Shown piece after piece: positions 39,220 to 47,846 of a stretch of 64,000 nt of DNA (position 1 is its first letter; every line of letters begins with the position of its first letter). The notes beneath the pieces were generated by a model. The model had not been told where the DNA came from. It did not search any database and saw only the letters and a list, made by a program, of their open reading frames with translations. The DNA lies in assembly GCA_016791265.1 (NCBI GenBank), contig JAEUMY010000001.1, forward strand, positions 32,882-96,881, read 5' to 3'. Both the position numbers and the translations under genes were made by a program. The DNA comes from Betaproteobacteria bacterium (GTDB taxonomy: Bacteria; Pseudomonadota; Gammaproteobacteria; Burkholderiales; Usitatibacteraceae).

Positions 39220-39660
39220 ATGGGCGGGGTGAGCGGATGCGAATTGTGCGAGCAGCCTGGCGGCGTGCTGTTGTGGCGGGACGACCGCCTGCGCGTGGTT
39301 CGCGTCGATGATCCCGACTATCCGTCGTTCTGCCGGGTCATCTGGAACGACCATGTGAAGGAGTTAACTGACCTTGGCCGCGCCGACCGCGAATATTCGC
39401 TGGAAGTGGTGTGCGCCGTGGAACTCTCACTGCGGCGCAGCTTGAGACCTGACAAGATAAACGTGGCCAGTTTGGGTAACATGACCCCGCATCTGCATTG
39501 GCATGTGATTCCGCGCTTCGCCGACGACCGGCATTTTCCCAATCCGGTCTGGGCCGAGGCCAGGCGGGAATGCACCGTCAACGCGGCAGCGAAGCGCATC
39601 CCCGATGATGTGCTCAGAAAACAACTGGTCGACCTGCTTGGCGGCACCTTTCGGGAGTAA
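39220..39660 (+). CDS. HIT-family nucleotide hydrolase
   Basis: Histidine triad HLHWHVIPR. The start is 1 nt after the preceding stop codon. Confidence 0.85.
   Translation: MGGVSGCELCEQPGGVLLWRDDRLRVVRVDDPDYPSFCRVIWNDHVKELTDLGRADREYSLEVVCAVELSLRRSLRPDKINVASLGNMTPHLHWHVIPRFADDRHFPNPVWAEARRECTVNAAAKRIPDDVLRKQLVDLLGGTFRE
39389..39400. repeat. GCGAATATTCGC palindrome, copy 14
   Basis: Inside the HIT gene, read as E-Y-S (DREYSLE). It is the only copy with neither a 5' T nor a 3' A flank. Confidence 0.95.
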
Positions 39661-39704
39661 CCAACCGGCGCTGCGCGGATCGCGCGATGCTCGCGGAGGA
39701 TGCA

Positions 39705-41360
39705 ATGTCGTACACCCTTTCTTCACCGCCCACCCGGCCGCCCAAGCTGGGGCGACCCGCTGATGGAGCCACCCGACCCATGAGCCTGCCCTTCACCGAT
39801 GCCCGTTCCTGCAAGGACTGGCTGAAAGAAATTCCGCTCACCAACGCGGGCCAGGCGCAGCGTCTCATGCTCGAGGCGGTGCGCAACCTCAATCGCGCCG
39901 ACTTTCCCGCGTTGGAGCGCCTGACCTGCCTCGAGCTCATGCGCGACAAGGTCTCGTTCGTCCAGGCCGAGCAGCGCTCCCGCTATGCCGGCAAGACCGT
40001 GCCGCTGTCCTCCGCCGACATGGCCGTGTGGGACACCTCGCGGCAACTGGTCGAAGAGATGGAGGCGGGCTACCGCAAGTGCTTCGAGCTGGTCGGTCAA
40101 GGCGACACCAGCGTGGAGCCGCATCTGGCGCTCATCATCCAGCGCACCATGCGCTATATCGGCCTGCAGATGCTGTTCGCCGGCATCCTGTATCGCCGCT
40201 TCGATCCCGGACTCTGGATGCGCCTGCATTTGCAGTGGATCGAGGCCGAGAGCCGCGGCCTCGCGCTCAACAAGGTGAAGGACAGCGTCGGCAGCATTGA
40301 TGGCGTCTCGAGCGTGACGGCGGCCTATGTCGCCATCCTGCTGGCCCAGCTCGCGCGCACCCATGAGCTCGGCACCCGCCAAATGGATTTTCTGGACGCC
40401 ATCCTGAAGCGGTTCGCCGCAAAGGTGACGGTGAGCCTGTCTCCGGTGTCCGCGCGTCCCGGGCATCTCCTGTCTGTCGATCTCTTCACCAACGCCGGCG
40501 CTTCCACCGACCCCGGCGCTCGGGAAAGCGATCACGTGCGCTTCCTCGACGTCACGGCACTCTCCAAGAGTCTCCGCGCGCGCGTGGTGAAGTTGCAGGA
40601 AGGCGAGTCGCCCGCAGCGATGAGCCTCCCCACCGACTGGCCCGTGGGCGAGATGACGACGCAACTCCGCCGCCTGCACAAGCTCTGGTGCGAACCGGTG
40701 CCCATGTTGCCGCCCGGCATCGTGCCCAGTCAGACCCATGCCATCGTGTGCTTCGGTCTGGATCAATTTCACTACTTTCTGACCGGCGCCCCCTTCGAGC
40801 AGCCGGGGCGCAAGCGCGAACTGTCACGTCAGGAGTTGAACGACATCGCCATGTTCGGCAAGGTGTCCGAGCAGACCATGAAGAGCCTCTATGTCGAGGT
40901 CAAGTTCACCACCGAATCATGGGGCATCATCGAGGAGACGCGCGGCGCGCTGAAACTCATGCGCCCAGGCAACAGCGCCCAGGGTCTCGCGGTCGGTCGG
41001 CTCATGGGCGTTCGGCTCAGCGTGCAATCGCCCTGGATGGTCGCGGTGGTGAGCGCCATCCTGGCCGAGGCCGACGGCACGCATCACGCCACGCTGACGC
41101 TGCTCCCCGGCGCACCGGCGGCTGTGGCCGTGCGCGCCGCCGACCAGCGCAATCGCACAGGCTCGCAGTACGTGCCGGCGCTCACGCTGCCCGCCGTTCC
41201 CGCGCTCAATGTCGAGGAAACCGTGCTGATCCCTTCCAATCTCACGCCGCCCGGCCGCGGCGTCGATATCGCCCTCACCGGTCAGGCCCAGGGCAAGGAG
41301 ATCACCGTGCATGAGGTCATCGAACGCGGCGTGGATTTCGAGCGCGTCACTTTCTTCTGA
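39705..41360 (+). CDS. conserved hypothetical protein (about 550 aa, no recognisable motif)
   Basis: Long ORF with coding-type GC3 bias. The start is the ATG at 39705 or 39687. A strong terminator follows. I cannot assign a family. Confidence 0.6.
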   Translation: MSYTLSSPPTRPPKLGRPADGATRPMSLPFTDARSCKDWLKEIPLTNAGQAQRLMLEAVRNLNRADFPALERLTCLELMRDKVSFVQAEQRSRYAGKTVPLSSADMAVWDTSRQLVEEMEAGYRKCFELVGQGDTSVEPHLALIIQRTMRYIGLQMLFAGILYRRFDPGLWMRLHLQWIEAESRGLALNKVKDSVGSIDGVSSVTAAYVAILLAQLARTHELGTRQMDFLDAILKRFAAKVTVSLSPVSARPGHLLSVDLFTNAGASTDPGARESDHVRFLDVTALSKSLRARVVKLQEGESPAAMSLPTDWPVGEMTTQLRRLHKLWCEPVPMLPPGIVPSQTHAIVCFGLDQFHYFLTGAPFEQPGRKRELSRQELNDIAMFGKVSEQTMKSLYVEVKFTTESWGIIEETRGALKLMRPGNSAQGLAVGRLMGVRLSVQSPWMVAVVSAILAEADGTHHATLTLLPGAPAAVAVRAADQRNRTGSQYVPALTLPAVPALNVEETVLIPSNLTPPGRGVDIALTGQAQGKEITVHEVIERGVDFERVTFF

Positions 41361-41387
41361 CGCATCTTCAGCCGTACAAGGAATGAT

Positions 41388-41399
41388 GCGAATATTCGC
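41388..41399. repeat. GCGAATATTCGC palindrome, copy 15
   Basis: Intergenic between convergent genes, 9 nt before the terminator hairpin. 14-bp form. Confidence 0.95.
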
Positions 41400-41408
41400 A
41401 TCTACCGA

Positions 41409-41441
41409 AGCGCCCGCGGCATGCGGGCGCTTTCCTTTTTT
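41409..41441 (+). terminator. Rho-independent terminator between convergent genes
   Basis: Stem AGCGCCCGC, loop GGCAT, stem GCGGGCGCT, followed by TTCCTTTTTTC. Confidence 0.8.
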
Positions 41442-41456
41442 CAAGCCTGAAGAGGG

Positions 41457-42404
41457 CTATCGCCCCGCCGCGACTTTTTCGACCGCCTCGATGAACCACG
41501 TCGCCGCGTCGAATCCGGTCTGCTCGAAAATCTCCACCATGCAAGTCGGTGAGGTCACGTTCACTTCGGTGAGGTAGTCGCCGATCACGTCCAGCCCGAC
41601 GAATAGCAGCCCATCCGCCACGAGTTGCGGACCGATGGTCTCCGCGATCTCGCGGTCGCGGTCCGAAATCGGCTGCGCCACACCCTTGCCGCCGGCGGCG
41701 AGATTGCCGCGCGTTTCGCCAGCCTTGGGAATGCGGGCCAGGCAATAGGGCGCCGGCTTGCCGTTGATCACCAGCACGCGCTTGTCGCCTTTCACGATCT
41801 CCGGGATGTAGCGCTGCGCCATGATGGTCTCGGCGCCGTTGACCGTCTGAACTTCAATGATGGCGTTGCGATTGGGGTCGTCCTTCCTCACCCGGAAAAT
41901 CGACGTGCCGCCCATGCCATCCAGTTTTTTGAGAATCACGTCGCTCTGCGCGTCGATGAACGCGTTCAACCGCGCGATGTCCTTGGTGACCAGCATGGGC
42001 ACCGTGAACCGCGGGAACTTGTGGGTGGCGAATTTCTCGTTGTAGTCACGCAAGCTGCGCGGGCGGTTGATGACTATCACTCCCTGCGACTCGGCCAGCT
42101 CCAGCAACAGGGTCGCGTAGAAGAACTCCATGTCGAACGGCGGGTCTTTGCGCATCAGCACCGCGGCAAACGCCGACAGCGCGACGTCGCGATGAGGCTC
42201 GGCGTCGAACCAATTCGCGTTGTCGGCGCGCACCGTCAGCTTGCGAATATTCGCAACAACCGTCGCGCTGCTTGCGGCCATGTCGCGCGGCTCGAACGCG
42301 TACACCTCATGCCCACGTTTGGCCGCCGCGCGCATCATCGCGATGGTGGAATCCTTGGCCGGCTTCAGCTTCTCCAGCGGATCGATGCAGAAGGCGAGCT
42401 TCAT
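41457..42404 (-). CDS. gshB: glutathione synthetase
   Basis: MKLAFCIDPLEKL...LMRKDPPFD...KLDGMGG...ETRGNLAAGG, the prokaryotic GshB ATP-grasp pattern. Confidence 0.95.
   Translation of the reverse strand: MKLAFCIDPLEKLKPAKDSTIAMMRAAAKRGHEVYAFEPRDMAASSATVVANIRKLTVRADNANWFDAEPHRDVALSAFAAVLMRKDPPFDMEFFYATLLLELAESQGVIVINRPRSLRDYNEKFATHKFPRFTVPMLVTKDIARLNAFIDAQSDVILKKLDGMGGTSIFRVRKDDPNRNAIIEVQTVNGAETIMAQRYIPEIVKGDKRVLVINGKPAPYCLARIPKAGETRGNLAAGGKGVAQPISDRDREIAETIGPQLVADGLLFVGLDVIGDYLTEVNVTSPTCMVEIFEQTGFDAATWFIEAVEKVAAGR
42243..42254. repeat. GCGAATATTCGC palindrome, copy 16
   Basis: Inside gshB, read as A-N-I-R (VVANIRKL). 16-bp form TTGCGAATATTCGCAA (42241-42256). Confidence 0.95.
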
Positions 42405-43711
42405 GCCGTCACGGCTTCCGGCTCGGCCATTTCATCAAAATCCTCCGCCAGTTTTTCCAGCTCCAATGACGCGGCCAACATCGCGAGACGCGCCACCACG
42501 CCATAGGTGTAGAAGCGATTTGGCGGCGCATCGGGATTGCTCCCGCAGTCGGGCGAATGACAATCGGTGGCGAAGGCGAGCGGCGAGAAGCTCATGCCGC
42601 GCGAATTGAGGTTCTCATCCACGCCGCGCTCGGTGTTGATGCGGTAGAAGCCGCCCACGACATAGCTGTCCATCATGTAGACCACCGGTTCCGCGGTCGA
42701 ATTGTTGACCGTCTCCACCGTGCGCACGCCTTCCTGGATGATGACCTCGGTGACCGGCAGACCCTCCTTGATCACCGCCATCTTGTTGCGTTCCTTGCGG
42801 TTGAGGCCTCGCACCTCGTCCGGCGACTTCACGCTCATCACGCCCATGCCGTACGTGCCGGCATCGGCCTTCACCATCACGAAAGGCGTGTCGTCGATGC
42901 CGTACTGCTTGTACTTCTCACGCACCTCAGTCAGCACGGCGTCGACATTGGCGGCGAGACACTCCTCGCCTTCCTGCACCGCGAAATTGACCTTGCCGCA
43001 TTGCGAGAACACCGGATTGATGAGCCAAGGATCGATGCCGATCAGCTTGGCGAACTCCTCGGCCGCGCGGTCATAGGCGTGAAAGTGCAGCGACTTCCGC
43101 CGCGTGGTCCACCCGGCGTACAGCGGCGGCACGACCGATTGTTGAATGCCGCGCAGGATGCCGGGAATGCCGGCGGAAAGATCATTGTTGAGCAGGACGG
43201 CGCAGGGGTCGAAGCCATCAAGACCGACGCGATTGCCTTTGCGTTGCACGGGTTCCAGCAGGAGCTTCTCGCCACCGGCCGTTTCCACTTCTGTGGGGCC
43301 GGTGAGATCGGGGATGAGGCTGCCCAGCCGCACCGTGAGCCCGGCACCTTCGAGAATGCGTTTCAGGGTTGCGACGTTTTGCAGGTAGAACAGATTGCGC
43401 GTGTGGTTCTCCGGCACGAGCAGAAAGCGCTGCGTGTCCGGGCAGATCTTCTGCACCGCCGACATCGTCGCCTGCACGCACAGGCCCATGAAGTCGGGGT
43501 TGAGATTATTGAAGCCGCCGGGAAAGAGATTGGTGTCCACCGGCGCCAGCTTGTAGCCGGCGTTGCGCAGATCGACCGAGGAATAGAAGGGGACGGTGTG
43601 CTCGGTCCACTTCAGGCGGAACCAGCGCTCGATGGCCGGGCGGGCGTCGATGATTTGTTTTTCCAGCGCCAACAATGGGCCGGTGAGGGAGGTGGTGAGA
43701 TGCGGGACCAT
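42401..43711 (-). CDS. gshA: glutamate--cysteine ligase (beta/gamma-proteobacterial short type)
   Basis: 436 aa, overlapping gshB by 4 nt. The N-terminus is ...IERWFRLKWTEHTVPFYSSVDLRNAGYKLAPVDTNLFPGGFNN. Confidence 0.85.
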   Translation of the reverse strand: MVPHLTTSLTGPLLALEKQIIDARPAIERWFRLKWTEHTVPFYSSVDLRNAGYKLAPVDTNLFPGGFNNLNPDFMGLCVQATMSAVQKICPDTQRFLLVPENHTRNLFYLQNVATLKRILEGAGLTVRLGSLIPDLTGPTEVETAGGEKLLLEPVQRKGNRVGLDGFDPCAVLLNNDLSAGIPGILRGIQQSVVPPLYAGWTTRRKSLHFHAYDRAAEEFAKLIGIDPWLINPVFSQCGKVNFAVQEGEECLAANVDAVLTEVREKYKQYGIDDTPFVMVKADAGTYGMGVMSVKSPDEVRGLNRKERNKMAVIKEGLPVTEVIIQEGVRTVETVNNSTAEPVVYMMDSYVVGGFYRINTERGVDENLNSRGMSFSPLAFATDCHSPDCGSNPDAPPNRFYTYGVVARLAMLAASLELEKLAEDFDEMAEPEAVTA

Positions 43712-43782
43712 GGCGAACTTTGTCGGCGCGATCAGCGTTAAATGACAGCGGCCGGGACGAATTCAAGGGCTGCCAGTGTAGC

Positions 43783-43806
43783 TCACAAAGCGAGCCATCT
43801 TTGTGA
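43783..43806. promoter_or_regulatory. inverted repeat TCACAAAG-N8-CTTTGTGA in the gshA / DMT divergent spacer
   Basis: Perfect 8-bp arms at 43783-43790 and 43799-43806, lying 72 nt from the gshA start and 85 nt from the DMT-family gene start. Confidence 0.3.
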
Positions 43807-43890
43807 CCAGAATTCCCCCTCGTTGTGAGGGGAGGTCACAGGCCCCCGATGCTAAACTCGCCGCGTCCTGTCCGCATCACAAGGCTCCCC

Positions 43891-44253
43891 ATGAGTGCCA
43901 GCGCAGTTCTCACCAGCCCCATCGCGACCACGGTCGGCCTGCTCATCGCGTCCAATGTCTTCATGACGTTCGCCTGGTATGGCCATCTCAAGCATTTCAA
44001 CGAGAAGCCTTGGATCATCGCGGCACTCATCGCCTGGGGCATCGCGCTGTTCGAGTATCTGTTGCAGGTGCCGGCCAACCGCATCGGCTTCACGGTAATG
44101 AATCTGGCGCAGCTGAAGATCCTCCAGGAAGTCATCACGCTGGCGGTGTTCGTGCCCTTCGCCGTGTTCTACATGGGCGAGACCATCCGCTGGAACTATC
44201 TTTGGGCGGGGTTTTGCCTCATGGGCGCGGTGTATTTTATTTTCAAGGGCTGA
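43891..44253 (+). CDS. DMT-superfamily small membrane protein (DUF486)
   Basis: Start at MSASAVLTSPIATTV. FMTFAWYGHLK and four TM helices are present. Confidence 0.8.
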   Translation: MSASAVLTSPIATTVGLLIASNVFMTFAWYGHLKHFNEKPWIIAALIAWGIALFEYLLQVPANRIGFTVMNLAQLKILQEVITLAVFVPFAVFYMGETIRWNYLWAGFCLMGAVYFIFKG

Positions 44254-44255
44254 CA

Positions 44256-44588
44256 ATGAAAATTCCTCTGCTGATGCTGGTTGCGGCGCTTTCCATGCCG
44301 GTACTCGCCGGTGACTCCGACAAATTGGAACCAGTCACGGCCCGGGCTGTGCTGGAAAAGGTCTCAAGGATGTATGAACGTGAATGCGGCAGGCCGACGC
44401 GATGCGGCTTGACCGTTGATGCCCGTGGCGCCTGTGCGTACGAAGTCGGCGTGACCTCACCAGTGCCGATTCATGAAGGCAGCAAGCCCGATCAGCATGG
44501 CAACCATGTCTTCTGGTTGTGCCTCGACAAACAGGGAACGGTTCAGCATCGACTGAACGGCACGTCCCGCAACTGGCCCCGCGCCTGA
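44256..44588 (+). CDS. small secreted protein (hypothetical)
   Basis: MKIPLLMLVAALSMPVLAG signal peptide, 110 aa, 4 Cys. The ATG is 2 nt after the preceding stop codon. Confidence 0.55.
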   Translation: MKIPLLMLVAALSMPVLAGDSDKLEPVTARAVLEKVSRMYERECGRPTRCGLTVDARGACAYEVGVTSPVPIHEGSKPDQHGNHVFWLCLDKQGTVQHRLNGTSRNWPRA

Positions 44589-44601
44589 ATCTCTTTCCAC
44601 C

Positions 44602-45960
44602 GTGCACATCCACATCCTCGGCATCTGCGGCACGTTCATGGGCGGCATCGCCGCCATCGCCAAAGAGGCCGGCCACACCGTCACCGGCTGCGACGCCAAT
44701 GTCTATCCGCCCATGTCCACCCAGCTCGAAGCGCTGGGCATCAAGTTGCATCAGGGTTTCGATGCCGAGCAACTCAACACCTTCAAGGCCGACATGTACG
44801 TGGTGGGCAACGCGATGACGCGCGGCCGGCCGGTCATCGAGGAAATTCTCAATCGCGGTCTGCCCTACACCTCCGGCCCGCAGTGGCTCGCAGAAAACGT
44901 GTTGCGCGACAAATGGGTGCTGGCCGTGGCGGGCACGCATGGCAAGACGACGACAACCTCCATCCTCGCGTGGCTACTGGAGCACGGGGGATTGAATCCC
45001 GGTTTTCTCATCGGCGGGGTGCCGCTGGATTTCGGTGTCTCCGCGCGCCTGACCGACTCGCCCTTCTTCGTGGTGGAGGCGGATGAATACGACACGGCCT
45101 TCTTCGACAAGCGTTCCAAGTTCGTCTGGTACCGGCCGCGCACGGCGATTCTCAACAATCTCGAGTTCGATCACGCGGACATCTTCCCCGACATCGAGGC
45201 CATCGAGCGCCAGTTTCATCATCTCGTGCGAACGGTGCCAGGCAATGGGCTTCTGGTGGTGAACGGCACGGAGCAGTCGCTCGGGCGCGTGCTCTCGAAG
45301 GGGTGCTGGAGCGGGGTCGAAGCTTTCGGCCCCGGCCACATGTGGGACTTCCGGCGCGGCGCGGAGGAAGGCCAATTCGAGGTGTTGCTGAACGGCGCGC
45401 CCAAAGGCATCGTGGGCTGGTCGCAGACGGGCGCGCACAACATGATGAACGCGTTGGCCGCGGTCGCGGCGGCGCGGCACGCGGGCGTGCCAGTCAAGTC
45501 CGCGGTGGAGGCGCTGTCGGAGTTCGGTGGCGTGAAGCGGCGGATGGAAGTGCGGGGTGAGGCGAAAGGGGTGACGGTGTATGACGACTTCGCCCACCAT
45601 CCCACGGCCATTCGCGAAACCATCGCCGGCCTGCGCCGCAAGCTCGCCGCGTACAAGACGCCACAGCGAATATTCGCAGTGCTGGAGCCGCGCTCCAACA
45701 CCATGAAAATGGGCGCGGTGCGCGATGCGCTGGCGCCGAGTTTGTCCGGCGCCGACTTCACGTTCTGCTATGCCAAGAACCTCGGCTGGGATGTCGCCGG
45801 CGCGCTCTCACCACTGGGCACCAAGGCGGCGGTCTTCGAGGATGTCGAGGTGCTCATCACCGCCATGAAACCCATGCTGCAAGCCGGCGATCACGTGCTT
45901 GTCATGAGCAACGGCGGCTTCGACAACATTCATCAACGCCTGCTGGATGCCTTGCAATGA
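44602..45960 (+). CDS. mpl: UDP-N-acetylmuramate:L-alanyl-gamma-D-glutamyl-meso-diaminopimelate ligase
   Basis: GTG start. ILGICGTFMGG..., AVAGTHGKTTT and VLEPRSNTMK follow the Mpl pattern. Confidence 0.9.
   Translation: MHIHILGICGTFMGGIAAIAKEAGHTVTGCDANVYPPMSTQLEALGIKLHQGFDAEQLNTFKADMYVVGNAMTRGRPVIEEILNRGLPYTSGPQWLAENVLRDKWVLAVAGTHGKTTTTSILAWLLEHGGLNPGFLIGGVPLDFGVSARLTDSPFFVVEADEYDTAFFDKRSKFVWYRPRTAILNNLEFDHADIFPDIEAIERQFHHLVRTVPGNGLLVVNGTEQSLGRVLSKGCWSGVEAFGPGHMWDFRRGAEEGQFEVLLNGAPKGIVGWSQTGAHNMMNALAAVAAARHAGVPVKSAVEALSEFGGVKRRMEVRGEAKGVTVYDDFAHHPTAIRETIAGLRRKLAAYKTPQRIFAVLEPRSNTMKMGAVRDALAPSLSGADFTFCYAKNLGWDVAGALSPLGTKAAVFEDVEVLITAMKPMLQAGDHVLVMSNGGFDNIHQRLLDALQ
45666..45677. repeat. GCGAATATTCGC palindrome, copy 17
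   Basis: Inside mpl, read as R-I-F-A (PQRIFAVLEPRS), directly before the conserved LEPRSNT segment. Confidence 0.95.
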
Positions 45961-46796
45961 GAACGTACGCCTACCGCATCATCAACGTCTTCACGCGGGG
46001 CGGGACGCTGACCGGGAATCCGCTCTGTGTGTTCGAAAACGGCGAGGGGCTCTCCGACGACGAGATGCAGGCGCTGGCGTTGCAGTTCAACTTGTCCGAA
46101 ACGACGTTCATTTTGCCGTCAGACAAGGCGAATGCCCGGGTGCGGATCTTCACCCCGGCCTATGAAATGCCGTTCGCCGGTCATCCCACGCTGGGCACGG
46201 CGCATGTGGTCAACGCGCTGCGGAACGCAGGCGGCGTGCTGAAGCTGGAGATGAAGGCGGGTGTCATTCCGGTTGCCTTTGATGGCACGCGTTGGGCGCT
46301 CTCGGCCAACGCGCCGCGCTGGCGCGAAGTCGCGGAGTCGCGCGAGTTTCTCGCCGACATGCTGGGCCTGCCGGTCGCGGCCCTCGGTGAGCGTCCGCTG
46401 TGGGTCAACGCGGGCAAGGAGCAACTGGTGATCCCGCTGACCTCGCCGGACCACGTGCGTGCCGTGAAGCCCAAGACTGATCCGTTCTGGCGATTGCAGA
46501 GCGAAGACGGCCAGAGCATGGCCTATGTCTTCGCGCCGCAGGACGACCACACGATTGTCTGTCGCTTCTTCTTCCCCAAGGCCCCGGCGATTCTGGAAGA
46601 CCCGGCAACAGGCTCGGCCTGTTCCAACCTCGGCGGCTGGTTCGTGGCCATGCGGCACGGACCACAAGCGTTAACGGTGTTGCAGGGCGATCAAGTCGGG
46701 CGCCCCTCCACGCTCTTCCTGCGCGTGGACGAGCAAGGGCGAATATTCGTCGGGGGCGGCGTTGTCGAACTGGGTGCCGGTGTCATCAACCTGTGA
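45957..46796 (+). CDS. PhzF-family isomerase
   Basis: NVFT...GNPLCVF...LSETTF... PhzF signature. Confidence 0.85.
   Translation: MRTYAYRIINVFTRGGTLTGNPLCVFENGEGLSDDEMQALALQFNLSETTFILPSDKANARVRIFTPAYEMPFAGHPTLGTAHVVNALRNAGGVLKLEMKAGVIPVAFDGTRWALSANAPRWREVAESREFLADMLGLPVAALGERPLWVNAGKEQLVIPLTSPDHVRAVKPKTDPFWRLQSEDGQSMAYVFAPQDDHTIVCRFFFPKAPAILEDPATGSACSNLGGWFVAMRHGPQALTVLQGDQVGRPSTLFLRVDEQGRIFVGGGVVELGAGVINL
46739..46750. repeat. one-mismatch variant GCGAATATTCGT
   Basis: Inside the PhzF-family gene (QGRIFVGG). The last base is T instead of C. Confidence 0.7.
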
Positions 46797-47359
46797 GGCC
46801 CATCGTCTACCTGCACGGGTTCAACAGCTCGCCCGACTCCAAGAAAACGGCGGCCTTGAAGCGGTATCTGGAACGCGGCGGCCAGGGCGAGCGCTACCAC
46901 TGCCCGAAGTTGTCCCACCGGCCGTCCGAAGCCATGCGCGACCTGGAAGCGTTGCTCGCGCGGCTGGGCGAATTCGCCCTGATCGGCAGCTCACTGGGCG
47001 GGTTCTATGCCACCCATCTGACAGAGCGGCATGGCTGCAAGGCCGTCCTGGTCAACCCGGCTGTGCGCGCTGATCGCCTGTTGGCGCCGTTTGTCGGGCC
47101 GCAAACCAATCTCTACTCGGGCGAGAAGTACGACTTCACCCCCGGCCATGTCGCCGATCTGTCGGCGCTCGTCCCGCGGAAACCGCTATCCGTCGCGCGC
47201 TATTGGTTGTTGGTCGAGTCGGGCGACGCGACGCTGGACTACCGCGAGGCCGTGGCCCACTATGCAGGGTCGCGGCAGACCGTGATCGAAGGCGGCGATC
47301 ATGGTTTCCAGTCCTGGGATCGATTGCTGCCGGAAGTGGTCGAATGGTTGAGCCGCTAG
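46793..47359 (+). CDS. YqiA/YcfP-family alpha/beta-hydrolase (esterase)
   Basis: IVYLHGFNSSPDS and the nucleophile elbow GSSLGG. Confidence 0.85.
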   Translation: MRPIVYLHGFNSSPDSKKTAALKRYLERGGQGERYHCPKLSHRPSEAMRDLEALLARLGEFALIGSSLGGFYATHLTERHGCKAVLVNPAVRADRLLAPFVGPQTNLYSGEKYDFTPGHVADLSALVPRKPLSVARYWLLVESGDATLDYREAVAHYAGSRQTVIEGGDHGFQSWDRLLPEVVEWLSR

Positions 47360-47378
47360 TTCGGCGGCGGCAAGGAGA

Positions 47379-47765
47379 ATGAACATGATGATGGCTTGCG
47401 GTGGATTGTTGCTGTTGATGGGCGTCCTGTCCGGCTTGTTGCTGACTGGATCCCCCTTCGGCCTGGGTTCCGAAAACCTCGGCTGGGTCACGTGGGTACT
47501 CTTCCCCGGCTTCACCCTGATCGGCTACGCCTTCCTGATCCTGCCCGCCCGCACCGCGCAGGTGGTGATGATCACCCGCGTCTGCGGCGGCCTCCTGTTG
47601 CTGCTGGCCACGCTCGCCGCGGTCGGCCTGTTTGTCTCCGCCACCGGCGTGAAGCCCGCCGTCGGCGACACGCTGGTGTTGTGGTACGTGCTGGTGCTGG
47701 GCCTCATCCTCGGCCCGACCGGGTTGGCAGTGCAGCCGGAGAAGACCGCCTCGACCGCGGGTTAG
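47379..47765 (+). CDS. hypothetical membrane protein (4 TM)
   Basis: 128 aa and entirely hydrophobic. GGAGA SD upstream. Confidence 0.55.
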   Translation: MNMMMACGGLLLLMGVLSGLLLTGSPFGLGSENLGWVTWVLFPGFTLIGYAFLILPARTAQVVMITRVCGGLLLLLATLAAVGLFVSATGVKPAVGDTLVLWYVLVLGLILGPTGLAVQPEKTASTAG

Positions 47766-47800
47766 CGCGCAGTCTGAAAGGAATCGCGCTCGGGCGGCGA

Positions 47801-47806
47801 TATAAT
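47801..47806 (+). promoter_or_regulatory. candidate -10 box (TATAATCCGCGC) upstream of RNB ribonuclease gene
   Basis: Perfect TATAAT 41 nt before the ATG at 47847. The same 12-mer occurs at 7413. Confidence 0.3.
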
Positions 47807-47846
47807 CCGCGCTCGATTGTCAGCGCCCGTTCGGGCTTGAGATTCC

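Noticed and set aside
39723-40772. 349-aa minus-strand ORF
   Set aside because: It lies antisense to the 39705-41360 gene. Only the plus frame continues for 1.65 kb and ends at a terminator. I assigned the strand by ORF length and terminator position, so this call is less certain than the others.
42557-43741. 394-aa plus-strand ORF
   Set aside because: It lies antisense to gshA, which is a well-supported glutamate-cysteine ligase.
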